Source of the DNA: Patescibacteria group bacterium | Lineage (GTDB): Bacteria; Patescibacteriota; Minisyncoccia; Phycocordibacterales; UBA2100 | NCBI GenBank assembly: GCA_038064835.1 | Contig: JBBTSD010000001.1 | Span: 170,361 to 234,360 of the forward strand | Reading direction: 5' to 3' | DNA length: 64,000 nucleotides | Notes under the pieces: generated by a model | The model's input: only the letters and a program-made list of their open reading frames with translations | Database searches by the model: none | What the model was told of the DNA's origin: nothing | Part shown: positions 30,931-41,005 of the stretch, piece after piece | How the letters are laid out: each line of letters starts with the position of its first letter | Position numbering within the stretch: position 1 is the stretch's first letter | Translations under genes and position numbers: made by a program

Positions 30931-32081
30931 AAATCGCCTGAAGCAATTTTCTCGCGCATGTTTTTTGCAAGCGCGTTTAGATACTGCAGATTGTGTATGG
31001 TGGCCAGTGTCATTCCCGTGAGCTCGTGGGATTTTATAAGATGCGACACATAGGCGAGCGAATAATTTTTGCAGGTGTGGCATGCGCAGGTAGGGTCGAT
31101 TGGCACATGTGCATGCTTGTGAATAGATTTTCGCAAATCAAGGCGTCCTTGCGAAGTAAAAAGCATGCCGCGGCGTGCATAGTGCGTGGGCGCAATGCAA
31201 TCAAAAGTATCAGCACCTCCTTCCATAATGTAGGAAAAGTCTTCGGGGTGTCCCACTCCCAGCAGGTGCCGAGGTTTCTCGGCGGGGAGCGCATTGCTCG
31301 TGAGCTCGACAACTTCACGCAAAGAACTCTTGTCATAGCCAAACTCACCACCAATACCAAATCCTTCGAATGGCAACGCGCCAATTACTTGTGCGCTTTC
31401 AGTGCGTAGATGCTTGTAGGCACCACCCTGCACAATGCCGTACAAGGCCTGAGTTGATTTCTTTGCATCAAGACATAGGTGTGCCCAGCGATGTGTTTTT
31501 TCAAGCGATGCGCGCATGTACATTTCGTCGGCCAGGGGAGACGGGCACTCGTCAAAGGCAAACATAATGTCAGCGCCGATTGACTCTTGTATTTGGATTG
31601 ATTCGCGGGGACCAAGAAATAGTTGTGCACCATCGCGCGGTGAGCGAAACCACACGCCATCGTCTGTAATTTTCACCTTGGATGGCTGTGCCTCGACCTC
31701 GATGTTTTCCTCGGGCTTCTCTTTTAGAATTTTTCCCATGCCATGGTCGGTGCCAAATCCCATGCTGAAGACTTGAAATCCACCCGAATCAGTCATGAGT
31801 GGCCGCTGCCAGTGCATAAATTGATGCAAGCCCCCTGCCTCCTTCACCACATCCTCGCCGGGGGTTATATGGAGGTGAAAGGTGTTGCAAATAAGTGCTT
31901 GAGAGCCAAGCTCGGCGACAGTATCGCTGGTGATTGTGCGCACAGATCCGCGTGTGGCAACGGGTATGAATGAAGGAGTTTCAATATCGCCGTGAGGGGT
32001 AGATATCACCCCGAGGCGCGCGCTCGAGCGCGATGACTTTTTCAGTATTTGGAACGAAAACATATACACAGATATAAACAC
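30927..32081 (-). CDS. tgt: queuine tRNA-ribosyltransferase
   Basis: 384 aa. Catalytic Asp region (MTDSGGFQV) and zinc site C-x-C-x2-C-x-H (CACHTCKNYSLAYVSHL). Confidence 0.95.
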   Translation of the reverse strand: MFISVYMFSFQILKKSSRSSARLGVISTPHGDIETPSFIPVATRGSVRTITSDTVAELGSQALICNTFHLHITPGEDVVKEAGGLHQFMHWQRPLMTDSGGFQVFSMGFGTDHGMGKILKEKPEENIEVEAQPSKVKITDDGVWFRSPRDGAQLFLGPRESIQIQESIGADIMFAFDECPSPLADEMYMRASLEKTHRWAHLCLDAKKSTQALYGIVQGGAYKHLRTESAQVIGALPFEGFGIGGEFGYDKSSLREVVELTSNALPAEKPRHLLGVGHPEDFSYIMEGGADTFDCIAPTHYARRGMLFTSQGRLDLRKSIHKHAHVPIDPTCACHTCKNYSLAYVSHLIKSHELTGMTLATIHNLQYLNALAKNMREKIASGDL

Positions 32082-32109
32082 ACTTTCAATTTTTTGGTAC
32101 CAATGAAAA

Positions 32110-32129
32110 GGCCGCCCGAAGGGGCGGCC
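32110..32129. terminator. GC-rich hairpin between tgt start and the downstream minus-strand gene stop
   Basis: GGCCGCCC gaag GGGCGGCC, perfect 8-bp stem. Short T-run on the minus strand. Confidence 0.5.
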
Positions 32130-32134
32130 GCTAC

Positions 32135-33061
32135 TTAGCTCACTACTCTCTTGTCTGCACGCATATTGTAGTACGCAAACAAAAGCGCGACAGCAATACC
32201 AATAACGCTTCCCAGCAATAGCGCACTCGGTTCACGGGCAAACCACTCGTGCCATTGGGTGAACAGATTAATCGAGAGGAAGACTCCTCCCAAGTTTACT
32301 GCCGCTCGCTTGTTGAGGAACAGACCTGCCACCATCAGAAGTCCGGAAAGAGCGGCCCAAGCGAGTGCAAACTGTGTTGGTGTGATGACAGAATCGTATC
32401 GGTTTCCACCAAGTGAATCGCCCCACAGAGACCCAACCCAGAATCCCAGATTTACGATAAAGAACGAGGTACCTGCGGCAAATCCGCTCATACGAGCATA
32501 GGCACCCTCAAGTTTCCTCGCAAGGACAATCGCGCCAACACCAATCAAGGTGTATGTGGCGATGGTCATAAGTGGTTTTTGAACGATCAGTCCATACATG
32601 GCATGGTGGTACATACCGCTCAAATTCAAGAGCGGTGTCGTTGCGACAACCGCAAGTCCTACCAAGAGACTGTTTTTTGACATGACCCCGGCAACAAGAA
32701 GCAGGAGTGCAATCGGGACAAAACTTTCCGTCGCCGGGTTCATCTTCAGCACCCAGGCGCATAGACCAATGGTGCCAATAATGACGGATGTGTGCGTTGC
32801 CACAAACCACTCTTTGCCAGCGTAATGTGTCGCAAAAAGACCGGCGGCAAAGAGCGCGAACGCCCCAAGCGGTATGAGTCGGAATTCCGGATCAAGCAGT
32901 GCGGACGCAGCTGCGAGCCCGGCAATGCATACTCCAATAAAAAATTGGATGGCAAAGAGTGTGGTGCTCGTACCACTTCGTGCCGCGATTTTTTCTGCTG
33001 TTGCCTTGTCCACGACCCCCTCGGCTACGAGCGAATCAATGTCCACAGTAACGCGTCTCAT
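32135..33061 (-). CDS. hypothetical polytopic membrane protein
   Basis: 308 aa, about 9 TM. No motif. Confidence 0.5.
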   Translation of the reverse strand: MRRVTVDIDSLVAEGVVDKATAEKIAARSGTSTTLFAIQFFIGVCIAGLAAASALLDPEFRLIPLGAFALFAAGLFATHYAGKEWFVATHTSVIIGTIGLCAWVLKMNPATESFVPIALLLLVAGVMSKNSLLVGLAVVATTPLLNLSGMYHHAMYGLIVQKPLMTIATYTLIGVGAIVLARKLEGAYARMSGFAAGTSFFIVNLGFWVGSLWGDSLGGNRYDSVITPTQFALAWAALSGLLMVAGLFLNKRAAVNLGGVFLSINLFTQWHEWFAREPSALLLGSVIGIAVALLFAYYNMRADKRVVS

Positions 33062-33167
33062 GTGTCGGCCCTCCAGTGAACCTCGAAAGGTTTACCACAA
33101 GAAGTTGGCAATGGCTAGTTTCCACAGGCGAAGAAACTAGCAAGGGTAGACATGCGATACTGGATGT

Positions 33168-33752
33168 ATGGCAAAGAAGAAAGCGTGGCTGCCGCTCACC
33201 GAACCCGAGAAAATACTTTTCTGGAGCAGTAATATATGGGCGCTCGCCGATGGAATGCTTGGTCCATTGTTTGCGGTGTTCGCCCAACAGCTCGGAGGCG
33301 ACATACTTTCCATCACCTGGGCATGGGCCACATTCTTAGTGGTCACTGCTGTTGGCACTTTGGCTGTGGGAAAGATGGGGGATATGTTTGGAGGGCACCA
33401 CACTCTTTCGGTGATGGGGTATTTCACCACTGCTTTTTTCACCTTTGGCTACTTACTGGTCACCACACCCTTCGAACTTTTTGTGGTGCAAGCCGGGCTC
33501 GGTTTGGGGCTCGCGCTTTCAAATCCCACTTGGTACGCATTGTATGATCGCTACTCAGGAACAGGTAAGCACGACGGTCTTGTGTGGGGATTTGCAACTG
33601 CGGGTGGTCAGATTGCCCAGGCATGTGCCATTATGATTGGCGGCCTCATCGTGACTCATTTTTCGTTCGCGACACTGTTCACGATCATGGGCACACTCTC
33701 TTTGTGCGCCGCATTTTGGCAAGCAAAAATTCTTCGCTACGCGGCGCGTTGA
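33168..33752 (+). CDS. MFS-like half-transporter / 6-TM membrane protein
   Basis: 194 aa, six hydrophobic helices. Loop between TM2 and TM3 (GKMGDMFGG) resembles the MFS motif A region. Confidence 0.45.
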   Translation: MAKKKAWLPLTEPEKILFWSSNIWALADGMLGPLFAVFAQQLGGDILSITWAWATFLVVTAVGTLAVGKMGDMFGGHHTLSVMGYFTTAFFTFGYLLVTTPFELFVVQAGLGLGLALSNPTWYALYDRYSGTGKHDGLVWGFATAGGQIAQACAIMIGGLIVTHFSFATLFTIMGTLSLCAAFWQAKILRYAAR

Positions 33753-33785
33753 GATTCATTGCATTGCATAGTATTCTGGCATCAC

Positions 33786-33861
33786 GCCGATGTAGCTCAG
33801 TTGGCAGAGCACGTCCTTGGTAAGGACGAGGTCTCCGGTTCGATCCCGGACATCGGCTCCA
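33786..33861 (+). tRNA. tRNA-Thr (GGT), CCA encoded
   Basis: Acceptor GCCGATG/CATCGGC; anticodon stem CGTCC/GGACG with loop TTGGTAA; T-loop TTCGATC. Confidence 0.9.
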
Positions 33862-33986
33862 GTTTCAAAGTCAGAGAATCCCCGCCGTCAGAAAAATGTT
33901 CCGCAGACTTCCCAAAGCGATTCACCGCGTTGCCGCCGACTACCTCGGGTCCCACGAGTGGCTCGGCTACTTCCGGTGGCGGCGTC

Positions 33987-34316
33987 ATGCTGCCCGCAGG
34001 AAATAATGTAACGCCACCCACGACGAACACTGAAATCTCGATCGGTATTCCGGCACTATGTCCGAACCTCTCGCGCAATCTCGCGCGTGGCTCACGCGGC
34101 GAAGATGTCCGACAGCTCCAAGTATTTCTTAGCTACAAGAGCCGTTACCTTGAAGCGGGAAATGCAACAGGCTTCTTCGGCCCCCTCACCGAAGCTGCCG
34201 TCAAAAAATTCCAATGTGAGCGTGTGAACTTGTGTTCTGGTTCCGTCGCAACGAACGGCTACGGATCAGTAGGACCACGCACGCGCTCAGTGATTGCAGC
34301 GCAATGTCAATTATAG
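33987..34316 (+). pseudogene. stand-alone peptidoglycan-binding (PG_binding_1-like) module, a duplicate of an internal domain of the downstream giant protein; possible gene fragment
   Basis: CPNLSRNLARGSRGEDVRQLQVFLS...ATGFFGPLTEAAVKKFQ...NGYGSVGPRTRSVIAAQC aligns residue-for-residue with CPNLTRNLSRGSRGSDVISLQQVLIA...ATGFFGAMTEASVQRWQ...TGYGVVGVRTRAAIAARC at aa 620-705 of ORF 34470..37604. No signal peptide from the first ATG. Confidence 0.35.
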
Positions 34317-34469
34317 TTATTTCTTCCCGACGCATCATAGGGAGCTATCCCCGCCGTTTATGCTGTTCCTCAAAACGGCGGGGATGATTGCGCGCGCATC
34401 GGCGACAGGAGGCAGGGGCGACGATAATATAGCACTCTGGAAGAGTAAAAAGCATGTTATTCTGATTTT

Positions 34470-37400
34470 ATGATTTTGGTGCGGGGGCTATCTTTTATAG
34501 TCACAATAATTGCAATAACGGGTCTACCTGTTCTAGTATCCGCAGCAACTCCTACTGGCTACCTTGATGGCGTACAAGCGGATGGCATTGCTCTTGGTTG
34601 GGCACTTGATCCCGACATGGCATCTCAATCAATTCAGGTACATTTCTATATCGACGGCCCCGCAGGTCAGGGCACATTGATTGGTGCATCCACCGCAAAT
34701 GTGCCGCGTGCCGATGTAAATTCGGTGATGAATGCGACAGGCAATCATGGTTTCTCATTTCAAATTCCTGCTGCCTATGTCGGAGGGTCACACCAATTGT
34801 ATGCATACGCTATCGACTCATCAGGAACAGGAGAAAATCCGAATCTTCCTAACTCGCCAAAAACTTTTACGATAAGTGCAGTAAATAAACCTGTTGTTGG
34901 GTACATCGATCAAGTCGCGAGTGACGGCACGGTATCAGGCTGGGCCTTTGATCCAGATGCTCCGTCACAGTCAATCGGTGTACATGTGTATATTGATGCG
35001 CCCGCAGGACAAGGTTCGCCAGTCGCTTTCAGTCAGGCTGCTAGTGCGAGGCCGGACGTCAATAATACGTACGCGATTACGGGAACACATGGATTCAACA
35101 TCCCGATTCCGCAGAATCTTCACGACGGCAAAAGTCATACAATGTACGTGTACGGCGTCGACACCACTTCAGGAGTTATAAATCCACAATTGCAGGGTTC
35201 GCCACGAACGGTCACACTCGTTCCGCGAGTACAGTCATCGATCGGTAATGCGGTTATTAATGCAAACGGTATCACCATAAAGACTTCGGCTCGTGTTTCG
35301 GGTGCTATAGATTCACTCATGTGGAATGGCAAAGAGTTTGTTGACAGCGCTGATCACGGGCGGCAGATTCAAACCGCATGGGCAGGTGGCGACTTCGGCG
35401 AGTGTTTTAACCCTACGGAGGCAGGTTCGTTACGTGATGGTCCAGGGCACTATTCAACAAGTCAGCTCCTCTCGCTAACGACATCGGTAAATTCACTCAC
35501 AACGGTAAGTCACCCTGCGTTCTGGCAAACGCCTGGAACGTATGGTGAAAATTGCAATTTTGACAATAATCCTGCAGATCAGTGGTTGGGTGGTCCAACT
35601 ATCAACGCGACGGATCAGACACGCGGGACACTTAATAAAACCATAACAATAGGCGTTCCAGGGCTGCCTAGCGTGATTGAGTATATCTCGCGTATTACAT
35701 TCGACGCTCAAGAGCTCTCAAAAGTTCCGCTCAAATATATCATTCTCGAGAATCCGGCGGTATACATGCCGACTGAGTTTAAGAGAATTTATCGCGTTGA
35801 CGCAACCGGCGCACTCGTTGAGCTCGGTCCAAATAAACCGCATTTTAATAAGTTCATACTAGATCCTGTAATATTAGCAACTGAGGACGGGAAATACGCA
35901 CTCGGGCTCTACTCGGATGAAATTCCACGCACTGGGTACACACAGGGCGCCCAAACAGGGTATACGGGCTACGGTATTTATAACTGGGTCGTTGCCATGG
36001 GAATGGACACTCGTGCCCCCAAGTTTCCAACGAGCGGGAATTTTTTTAGTGCTGGAACATATACATACACATCATATCTCGCAGTGGGAACGCTAGAGGA
36101 TGTGAGGGCGGCCATACAAAAATTAGCCACCCCGAAACCAACTACTACAGTAGTAGATTCTGTCACCGTGCCCCCAACGATATCGCCATTTATAGACACG
36201 AGTAACGGCGCGGTAACCTCGTCGCCCGGCGCTGAGCTCACCAGAACAACCATTGACGCGCTTCGCGCGCAAATTCAGACGCTGATCGCTCAAATTGCTG
36301 CGTTGAAACGAAAAGTAGTTGCTCCAACTGCGCCGTTCGCCAGTAGTGCGTCATGTCCGAATCTTACACGAAATCTCTCGCGCGGCAGTCGAGGTAGCGA
36401 TGTGATTTCGCTTCAGCAGGTTCTCATCGCGCAAGGGCTTTTGAGCAGAGATTCCGCGACAGGATTCTTTGGGGCAATGACCGAAGCATCTGTGCAAAGG
36501 TGGCAGACGCAAAATTCAATCGTCGCGGATGGTGCTGCGAATACGACTGGTTACGGCGTTGTTGGTGTAAGAACACGCGCGGCGATAGCCGCGCGATGTG
36601 GAACGAAATCGGCTGTCGCGCGGTCCTGTCCCAATTATGCTCCAATATTCTGTAGTAACGGCCAGCATGTGCAGCCAGGCGCTACAGACGCAAACGGTTG
36701 CCAGGGCGTGTCCATGTGCGTGAATGACACTGTCGTCCAATCTTGTCCCGTCTACAATCCATGCCCATCTGGATATTCCACCAATACATCCATTGACTCG
36801 AATGGTTGCGCAAAAAATAGTTGCACACCTGTGTCTCAAAACACCGGCTCGTTAACAGTATCGCACACATATGGCTCCGCTCCTTTGACCGTCATGTTCA
36901 GTGGATCAAGTGGACAGAGCGTCGTATCGGAAGTTGCAGTATGGATTGATTTCGGTGATGGCTCGGTAGATGATTCTATTGGGCCCGGCAGCTTCTCGAA
37001 AACGCACACCTACGCATCACCTGGCACTTATTCAGCGAAGCTTCAATGGCGCACCTTTGGTCAAGCAAGTTCGAATTTCCCGACGAATACAATCGGTACA
37101 GTGACAGTTACAGTGGGCGCACAAGCGAGTTCGACACCGACCATTCATGTAATGAATCCAAATGGCGGCGAAACACTCAATGCTGGTAGTGCGACAACTG
37201 TACAGTGGGACGCGTCAAATGTTCCTGCAACTGTGAATGTTGGAAACGCGCAGGTAAGCTACAAAATCGGATTGAAGTTAATAAATCCGAGCGGGAATGT
37301 CGTTGGCTATATTCCGCTCGGTTCAGATCTGTTCGATGGTGCTGTGAGAAGTACACGATGGGACCCCGCGTCGCTTAGCGGCGGATTTTCAGCACTGAAT

Positions 37401-37604
37401 CAGCTGAAAGTAAAGGCTTCAGTCATCAAGCAAACAAACCAATGCGTTTCAGCCGCCACCACGAATTCGTCGCTTGCAGATTCGCAGATCACTTGTATCA
37501 GCGAAGAAACGGTTGCATCCGACGATAGCGACAGCTGGTTTTCGGTGAAAGGGGCGACAGTTTGCGATAACACTGTTTCGCCGATGATTTGCACACAATC
37601 ATAA
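34470..37604 (+). CDS. giant secreted multidomain surface protein (signal peptide, two tandem ~115-aa repeats, coiled coil, PG-binding domain, Cys-rich segment, PKD/Ig-like repeats)
   Basis: 1044 aa. Signal peptide MILVRGLSFIVTIIAITGLPVLVSA. The repeat GY(L/I)D.V..DG...GWA.DPD..SQSI.VH.YID.PAGQG occurs twice. Heptad segment IDALRAQIQTLIAQIAALKRK. A PKD-like TVSHTYGSAPLTVMFSG segment. Confidence 0.85.
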   Translation: MILVRGLSFIVTIIAITGLPVLVSAATPTGYLDGVQADGIALGWALDPDMASQSIQVHFYIDGPAGQGTLIGASTANVPRADVNSVMNATGNHGFSFQIPAAYVGGSHQLYAYAIDSSGTGENPNLPNSPKTFTISAVNKPVVGYIDQVASDGTVSGWAFDPDAPSQSIGVHVYIDAPAGQGSPVAFSQAASARPDVNNTYAITGTHGFNIPIPQNLHDGKSHTMYVYGVDTTSGVINPQLQGSPRTVTLVPRVQSSIGNAVINANGITIKTSARVSGAIDSLMWNGKEFVDSADHGRQIQTAWAGGDFGECFNPTEAGSLRDGPGHYSTSQLLSLTTSVNSLTTVSHPAFWQTPGTYGENCNFDNNPADQWLGGPTINATDQTRGTLNKTITIGVPGLPSVIEYISRITFDAQELSKVPLKYIILENPAVYMPTEFKRIYRVDATGALVELGPNKPHFNKFILDPVILATEDGKYALGLYSDEIPRTGYTQGAQTGYTGYGIYNWVVAMGMDTRAPKFPTSGNFFSAGTYTYTSYLAVGTLEDVRAAIQKLATPKPTTTVVDSVTVPPTISPFIDTSNGAVTSSPGAELTRTTIDALRAQIQTLIAQIAALKRKVVAPTAPFASSASCPNLTRNLSRGSRGSDVISLQQVLIAQGLLSRDSATGFFGAMTEASVQRWQTQNSIVADGAANTTGYGVVGVRTRAAIAARCGTKSAVARSCPNYAPIFCSNGQHVQPGATDANGCQGVSMCVNDTVVQSCPVYNPCPSGYSTNTSIDSNGCAKNSCTPVSQNTGSLTVSHTYGSAPLTVMFSGSSGQSVVSEVAVWIDFGDGSVDDSIGPGSFSKTHTYASPGTYSAKLQWRTFGQASSNFPTNTIGTVTVTVGAQASSTPTIHVMNPNGGETLNAGSATTVQWDASNVPATVNVGNAQVSYKIGLKLINPSGNVVGYIPLGSDLFDGAVRSTRWDPASLSGGFSALNQLKVKASVIKQTNQCVSAATTNSSLADSQITCISEETVASDDSDSWFSVKGATVCDNTVSPMICTQS

Positions 37605-37667
37605 AGGTGGGGGAGTCTAGGGAGCAACCACGCCGTTTTAAAATATTCTTTCAAAACGACCCAGCCA

Positions 37668-38630
37668 TTGACTTATACCCGTATTTGGTATATAATACCG
37701 ATAGGAATGTCTATCGCTCAAGCGGAGAGCGGAGGCATTTCTTTCCTCTGGCAGAAGCGGAGTAAAGAAGTGAACACTCACACTCAGTATACGCACCCGC
37801 TGGGCGCATTCGTTGGCGTCGGCCTCGGCGCGTACCTGTCGATGCATATCATGCATTGGGGCTTCGGCCTCGTGCTCGGTATGGTTACCGGCGCACTCAT
37901 GGGTGATATCGTCGCGATCGCGAAGGGCTTCGGCCGAGCGGCCATATTCCTTGCACGGTTTCCACATTGGGGTCGATGGTGGGCCGCCTACCTCTCGAGC
38001 AGTCTCGCCTTCGCGGTGAATCTGTTCCTGTGGTTCTCACTCGTCGTCGGGCTCGATTCGGTGGGGAATCCGGCTGCATCCATTCAGCATCTCAGATGGT
38101 GGCACGAACGGTTCATCGGCGGCTTCAGTGCCGATGCGATGACCGGCGGCGCCTACATTGCGTTGTTTTTCGGCCTGCTCGTGAGCCTCATCATTACGCT
38201 TATGAGTGTTTGCGAACCGCGGTGGGGTGACAAGCGGGGCACTGGCCAGATACTCAGCGACATCAGGAACACCGCGATCAAGGGCGGCGTTATCGCCACC
38301 CCGGTGGCACTGCCGTTCTTTGTCCTGTTGTGGGCCTTTCGTTCTCGGTCTGTGATGTGGCGATATGTCACTGCCCAGATCTATTTCACCGCCGGCTTCT
38401 TCGCTGAAGTGAATGGGCATGTGGTCTCGTCGGCAGCGTTCGGCTCGCTGATCGGGGGCCTGTTCGGTCTTCTGGTCGGCGACTGGCGCATCGGTGCCGT
38501 GACCGGCGCAGTCCTGTGTGAGTGCTTCTATTTCGTCCATGAGCCGGTTGGCCAGTGGGCGGAGGCGAAGATCGAGGCGATGGGAATTCGCCACGAGGAT
38601 CGCGACGGCGTCTACTACAAGTACAACTGA
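37668..38630 (+). CDS. GC-rich hypothetical polytopic membrane protein (possible horizontally acquired gene)
   Basis: 320 aa, about 8 TM. Local GC is visibly higher than the ~50% background, and an open antisense ORF (38037..38657) appears as expected for high-GC DNA. Confidence 0.55.
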   Translation: MTYTRIWYIIPIGMSIAQAESGGISFLWQKRSKEVNTHTQYTHPLGAFVGVGLGAYLSMHIMHWGFGLVLGMVTGALMGDIVAIAKGFGRAAIFLARFPHWGRWWAAYLSSSLAFAVNLFLWFSLVVGLDSVGNPAASIQHLRWWHERFIGGFSADAMTGGAYIALFFGLLVSLIITLMSVCEPRWGDKRGTGQILSDIRNTAIKGGVIATPVALPFFVLLWAFRSRSVMWRYVTAQIYFTAGFFAEVNGHVVSSAAFGSLIGGLFGLLVGDWRIGAVTGAVLCECFYFVHEPVGQWAEAKIEAMGIRHEDRDGVYYKYN

Positions 38631-38716
38631 GCATGCAGGAAAGAAGCGGCCGGGCAAGCAATTGCCCGGCCGTGTTTTGTTGTGGATATGCTATATTCTG
38701 ACAGCATACAAAGCAT

Positions 38717-38792
38717 GCCGAGGTAGCTCAGTTGGTAGAGCAACCGCTTCGTAAGCGGTAGGTCGCGGGTTCGACTCCCGCCCTCGGCTCCA
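38717..38792 (+). tRNA. tRNA-Thr (CGT), CCA encoded
   Basis: Acceptor GCCGAGG/CCTCGGC; anticodon stem ACCGC/GCGGT with loop TTCGTAA; T-loop TTCGACT. Confidence 0.9.
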
Positions 38793-38869
38793 GAAAGAAA
38801 CGAACAGGATGCGGTAGCATCCTGCGAGTGTTCTTTCTTGCCGAGGAGGGAGTCGAAAGGCGGAGGCTC

Positions 38870-39883
38870 ATGAAAATATTCACACATGCTATGACTTCAC
38901 TATTTTTTGCGCCGACTGTTATTTCTGTTGCCGCGTTGGGGCTTGTAGGAATCTTTCTGGGCCCACTTGCGTTCCTTACAGCAGCGCTCCTTGTTATCCT
39001 TGAGGTCACACTTTCGTTCGACAACGCTGTGGTCAACGCAAAAGTTTTGCGCACCATGAGCCCGCTCTGGCAACAACGCTTCCTCACTTGGGGTATTTTT
39101 ATGGCCGTCATTCTGACTCGCGCAGTGCTCCCGATACTCATTGTTGCCGCATCGGTGATGTCGTCGCCATGGCTCATTGCAAAAATTGCTGCAACAGATC
39201 CGCAGAGGTACGCACATCTCCTTGAAGGTGCAGAACATATCATCGCGAGTTTTGGGGGTATTTTTCTCACGATGGTCGGTCTCAAATACTTTTTCGACGA
39301 AGGCAAAGATGTGCACTGGATTCACGCAGTAGAAGAACGACTTGCGCACTGGGGAAGTATTGAGGCGTTGGAAATAGCGCTCGGCCTCGGAGTCCTAGCA
39401 CTCGTTGCATGGCTCGTCCCTGCACATGGCTTGGGAATTTTGTTTGCAGGTATTATTGCTATCATCCTTTTTATTGTGGTGCAGGGCCTGGCCAATGCGT
39501 TTTCGGCATCGACAGAAAGTGTTGCTCAGGCTGGATTCGCTCTGTTCATATATCTCAACATCCTTGATGCCGCTTTCTCGCTGGACAGTGTGGTGGGTGC
39601 GTTCGCGCTTTCCACTCAGCTTCCCATCATTATCGTTGGTCTTGGCATCGGCGCATACTTCGTACGCTCACTGACGGTATACATGGTGCGACACGGCACG
39701 CTGGAACAAATCCGGTATATCGAGCATGGAGCACATTGGGCAATTCTTGGTCTTGCCGCCGCTATGATTGCGAATTTATTTATAGATGTGCCCGAGCCTG
39801 TTACCGGCCTTATAGGACTTCTCTTTGTCGGTGCCGCGTATGTCTCATCAATTCGTTCGGTCCATAGCAATATTGCAAAGTAA
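38870..39883 (+). CDS. TerC/DUF475-family integral membrane protein
   Basis: LEVTLSFDNAVVNA motif characteristic of the TerC/YjbE-DUF475 group. About 337 aa from ATG 38870. Confidence 0.65.
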   Translation: MKIFTHAMTSLFFAPTVISVAALGLVGIFLGPLAFLTAALLVILEVTLSFDNAVVNAKVLRTMSPLWQQRFLTWGIFMAVILTRAVLPILIVAASVMSSPWLIAKIAATDPQRYAHLLEGAEHIIASFGGIFLTMVGLKYFFDEGKDVHWIHAVEERLAHWGSIEALEIALGLGVLALVAWLVPAHGLGILFAGIIAIILFIVVQGLANAFSASTESVAQAGFALFIYLNILDAAFSLDSVVGAFALSTQLPIIIVGLGIGAYFVRSLTVYMVRHGTLEQIRYIEHGAHWAILGLAAAMIANLFIDVPEPVTGLIGLLFVGAAYVSSIRSVHSNIAK

Positions 39884-39933
39884 TAAAAATTATTGTATAG
39901 TCGAATCGGTAAAAATGACAGGAAGGGTACGAC

Positions 39934-40932
39934 ATGTCGCTGACATGGGGGACATTCAGTCTTTCAATCTCATTTTGGGCGGTCTTTGCAAGCGTTGCGC
40001 TCTTCATTCTGTGGCGCATTCTGCGTGCAGATAAAATGAAGCGGCGTATTCGGATTGGCAAGACGCAATCCGAGGGCGAGCATGCAATCGCTGTGTTGGA
40101 TGTGCAGGGGCCTATCCTCGACGACACGCGAGGCATTCCGTTTTTCTTGCGCGGTCGTGTGTGTTCGGGCTCGCAGATACGAAGCGTGCTCGAACAGCTT
40201 GCTGAAGATGATGCCGTGAAAGGTGTCATTGTTCGATACAACACACCCGGAGGCACCATGAACGGTGCCGAATCAATCCGACGAGGTGTCGCCTTGTGCA
40301 AAGCAAAGAAGCCAGTGTACGCGCATGTGGGTGATGTGTCGGCTTCGGGTGGTTTGTGGGCAATGTGCTCGAGCACCAAGACTTTTGCGCGTGCCGGAAG
40401 CCTGGTGGGCAGTATCGGTGTGCGTATGGGCACCATCCTCAGCTATCAAAATGTGCGTGAGGTGGGTGACAAATTTAGCTATGTTGCCGCAGAAAAAGTC
40501 ACGGCAACGCCACTTTCGGCTGGCCGAGGGAAGATGTTTAGTGACCCCTTCTCGCCCCATGATCCAGAAGTGCTCGCGCATTATCAAAGTATGCTCACGG
40601 CCTCATATCAACAGTTCTGTGGCATTGTTGCTCGTGAGCGCAAGCTCGAACCGGCAAAAGTCGAGAGCCTTGGCGCCCTCGTTTTTCACACCGAGGATGC
40701 GATTGCGCATGGCCTGATAGACGGCTGTGCCGATGAAGGCGAAGTTGTTGAAAAAATGGCCGAGGAGCTTGGTGTCGACAAAGACGACTGTGCAGTTATG
40801 GTTGTCCAAATGGGTGGCAGACTTGCCGCACTGACAGGCCAGGTTGCTGAAATATTGCACGCCGGTGATGTGCGCCAGCACATGCGTCTCGCGCTTTCGC
40901 GTGTGCCCATTCTGGCAATGTTGCACGATTGA
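39934..40932 (+). CDS. sppA: signal peptide peptidase SppA (S49 family, 36K type)
   Basis: N-terminal TM, then the S49 fold with NTPGG and catalytic Ser context GDVSASGG. Confidence 0.85.
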   Translation: MSLTWGTFSLSISFWAVFASVALFILWRILRADKMKRRIRIGKTQSEGEHAIAVLDVQGPILDDTRGIPFFLRGRVCSGSQIRSVLEQLAEDDAVKGVIVRYNTPGGTMNGAESIRRGVALCKAKKPVYAHVGDVSASGGLWAMCSSTKTFARAGSLVGSIGVRMGTILSYQNVREVGDKFSYVAAEKVTATPLSAGRGKMFSDPFSPHDPEVLAHYQSMLTASYQQFCGIVARERKLEPAKVESLGALVFHTEDAIAHGLIDGCADEGEVVEKMAEELGVDKDDCAVMVVQMGGRLAALTGQVAEILHAGDVRQHMRLALSRVPILAMLHD

Positions 40933-40937
40933 TGATT

Positions 40938-40961
40938 GGCGGGCCTGTGGCCCGCCTTTTC
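40938..40961 (+). terminator. rho-independent terminator after sppA
   Basis: GGCGGGCC tgt GGCCCGCC followed by TTTTCT. Confidence 0.75.
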
Positions 40962-41005
40962 TACACCCCTATTTTTATGTATCAGCAGTCGGTATACTGC
41001 CATGC

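Noticed and set aside
33759-33986. N-terminal 76 codons of ORF 33759..34316
   Set aside because: This part overlaps tRNA-Thr(GGT). Only the portion from ATG 33987, the PG-binding module, is considered potentially real.
38037-38657. 206-aa minus-strand ORF antisense to the GC-rich membrane gene
   Set aside because: It is Arg/Pro/Ala-rich with no hydrophobic or catalytic pattern. This is typical of shadow ORFs in high-GC DNA. The sense-strand membrane protein is more plausible.
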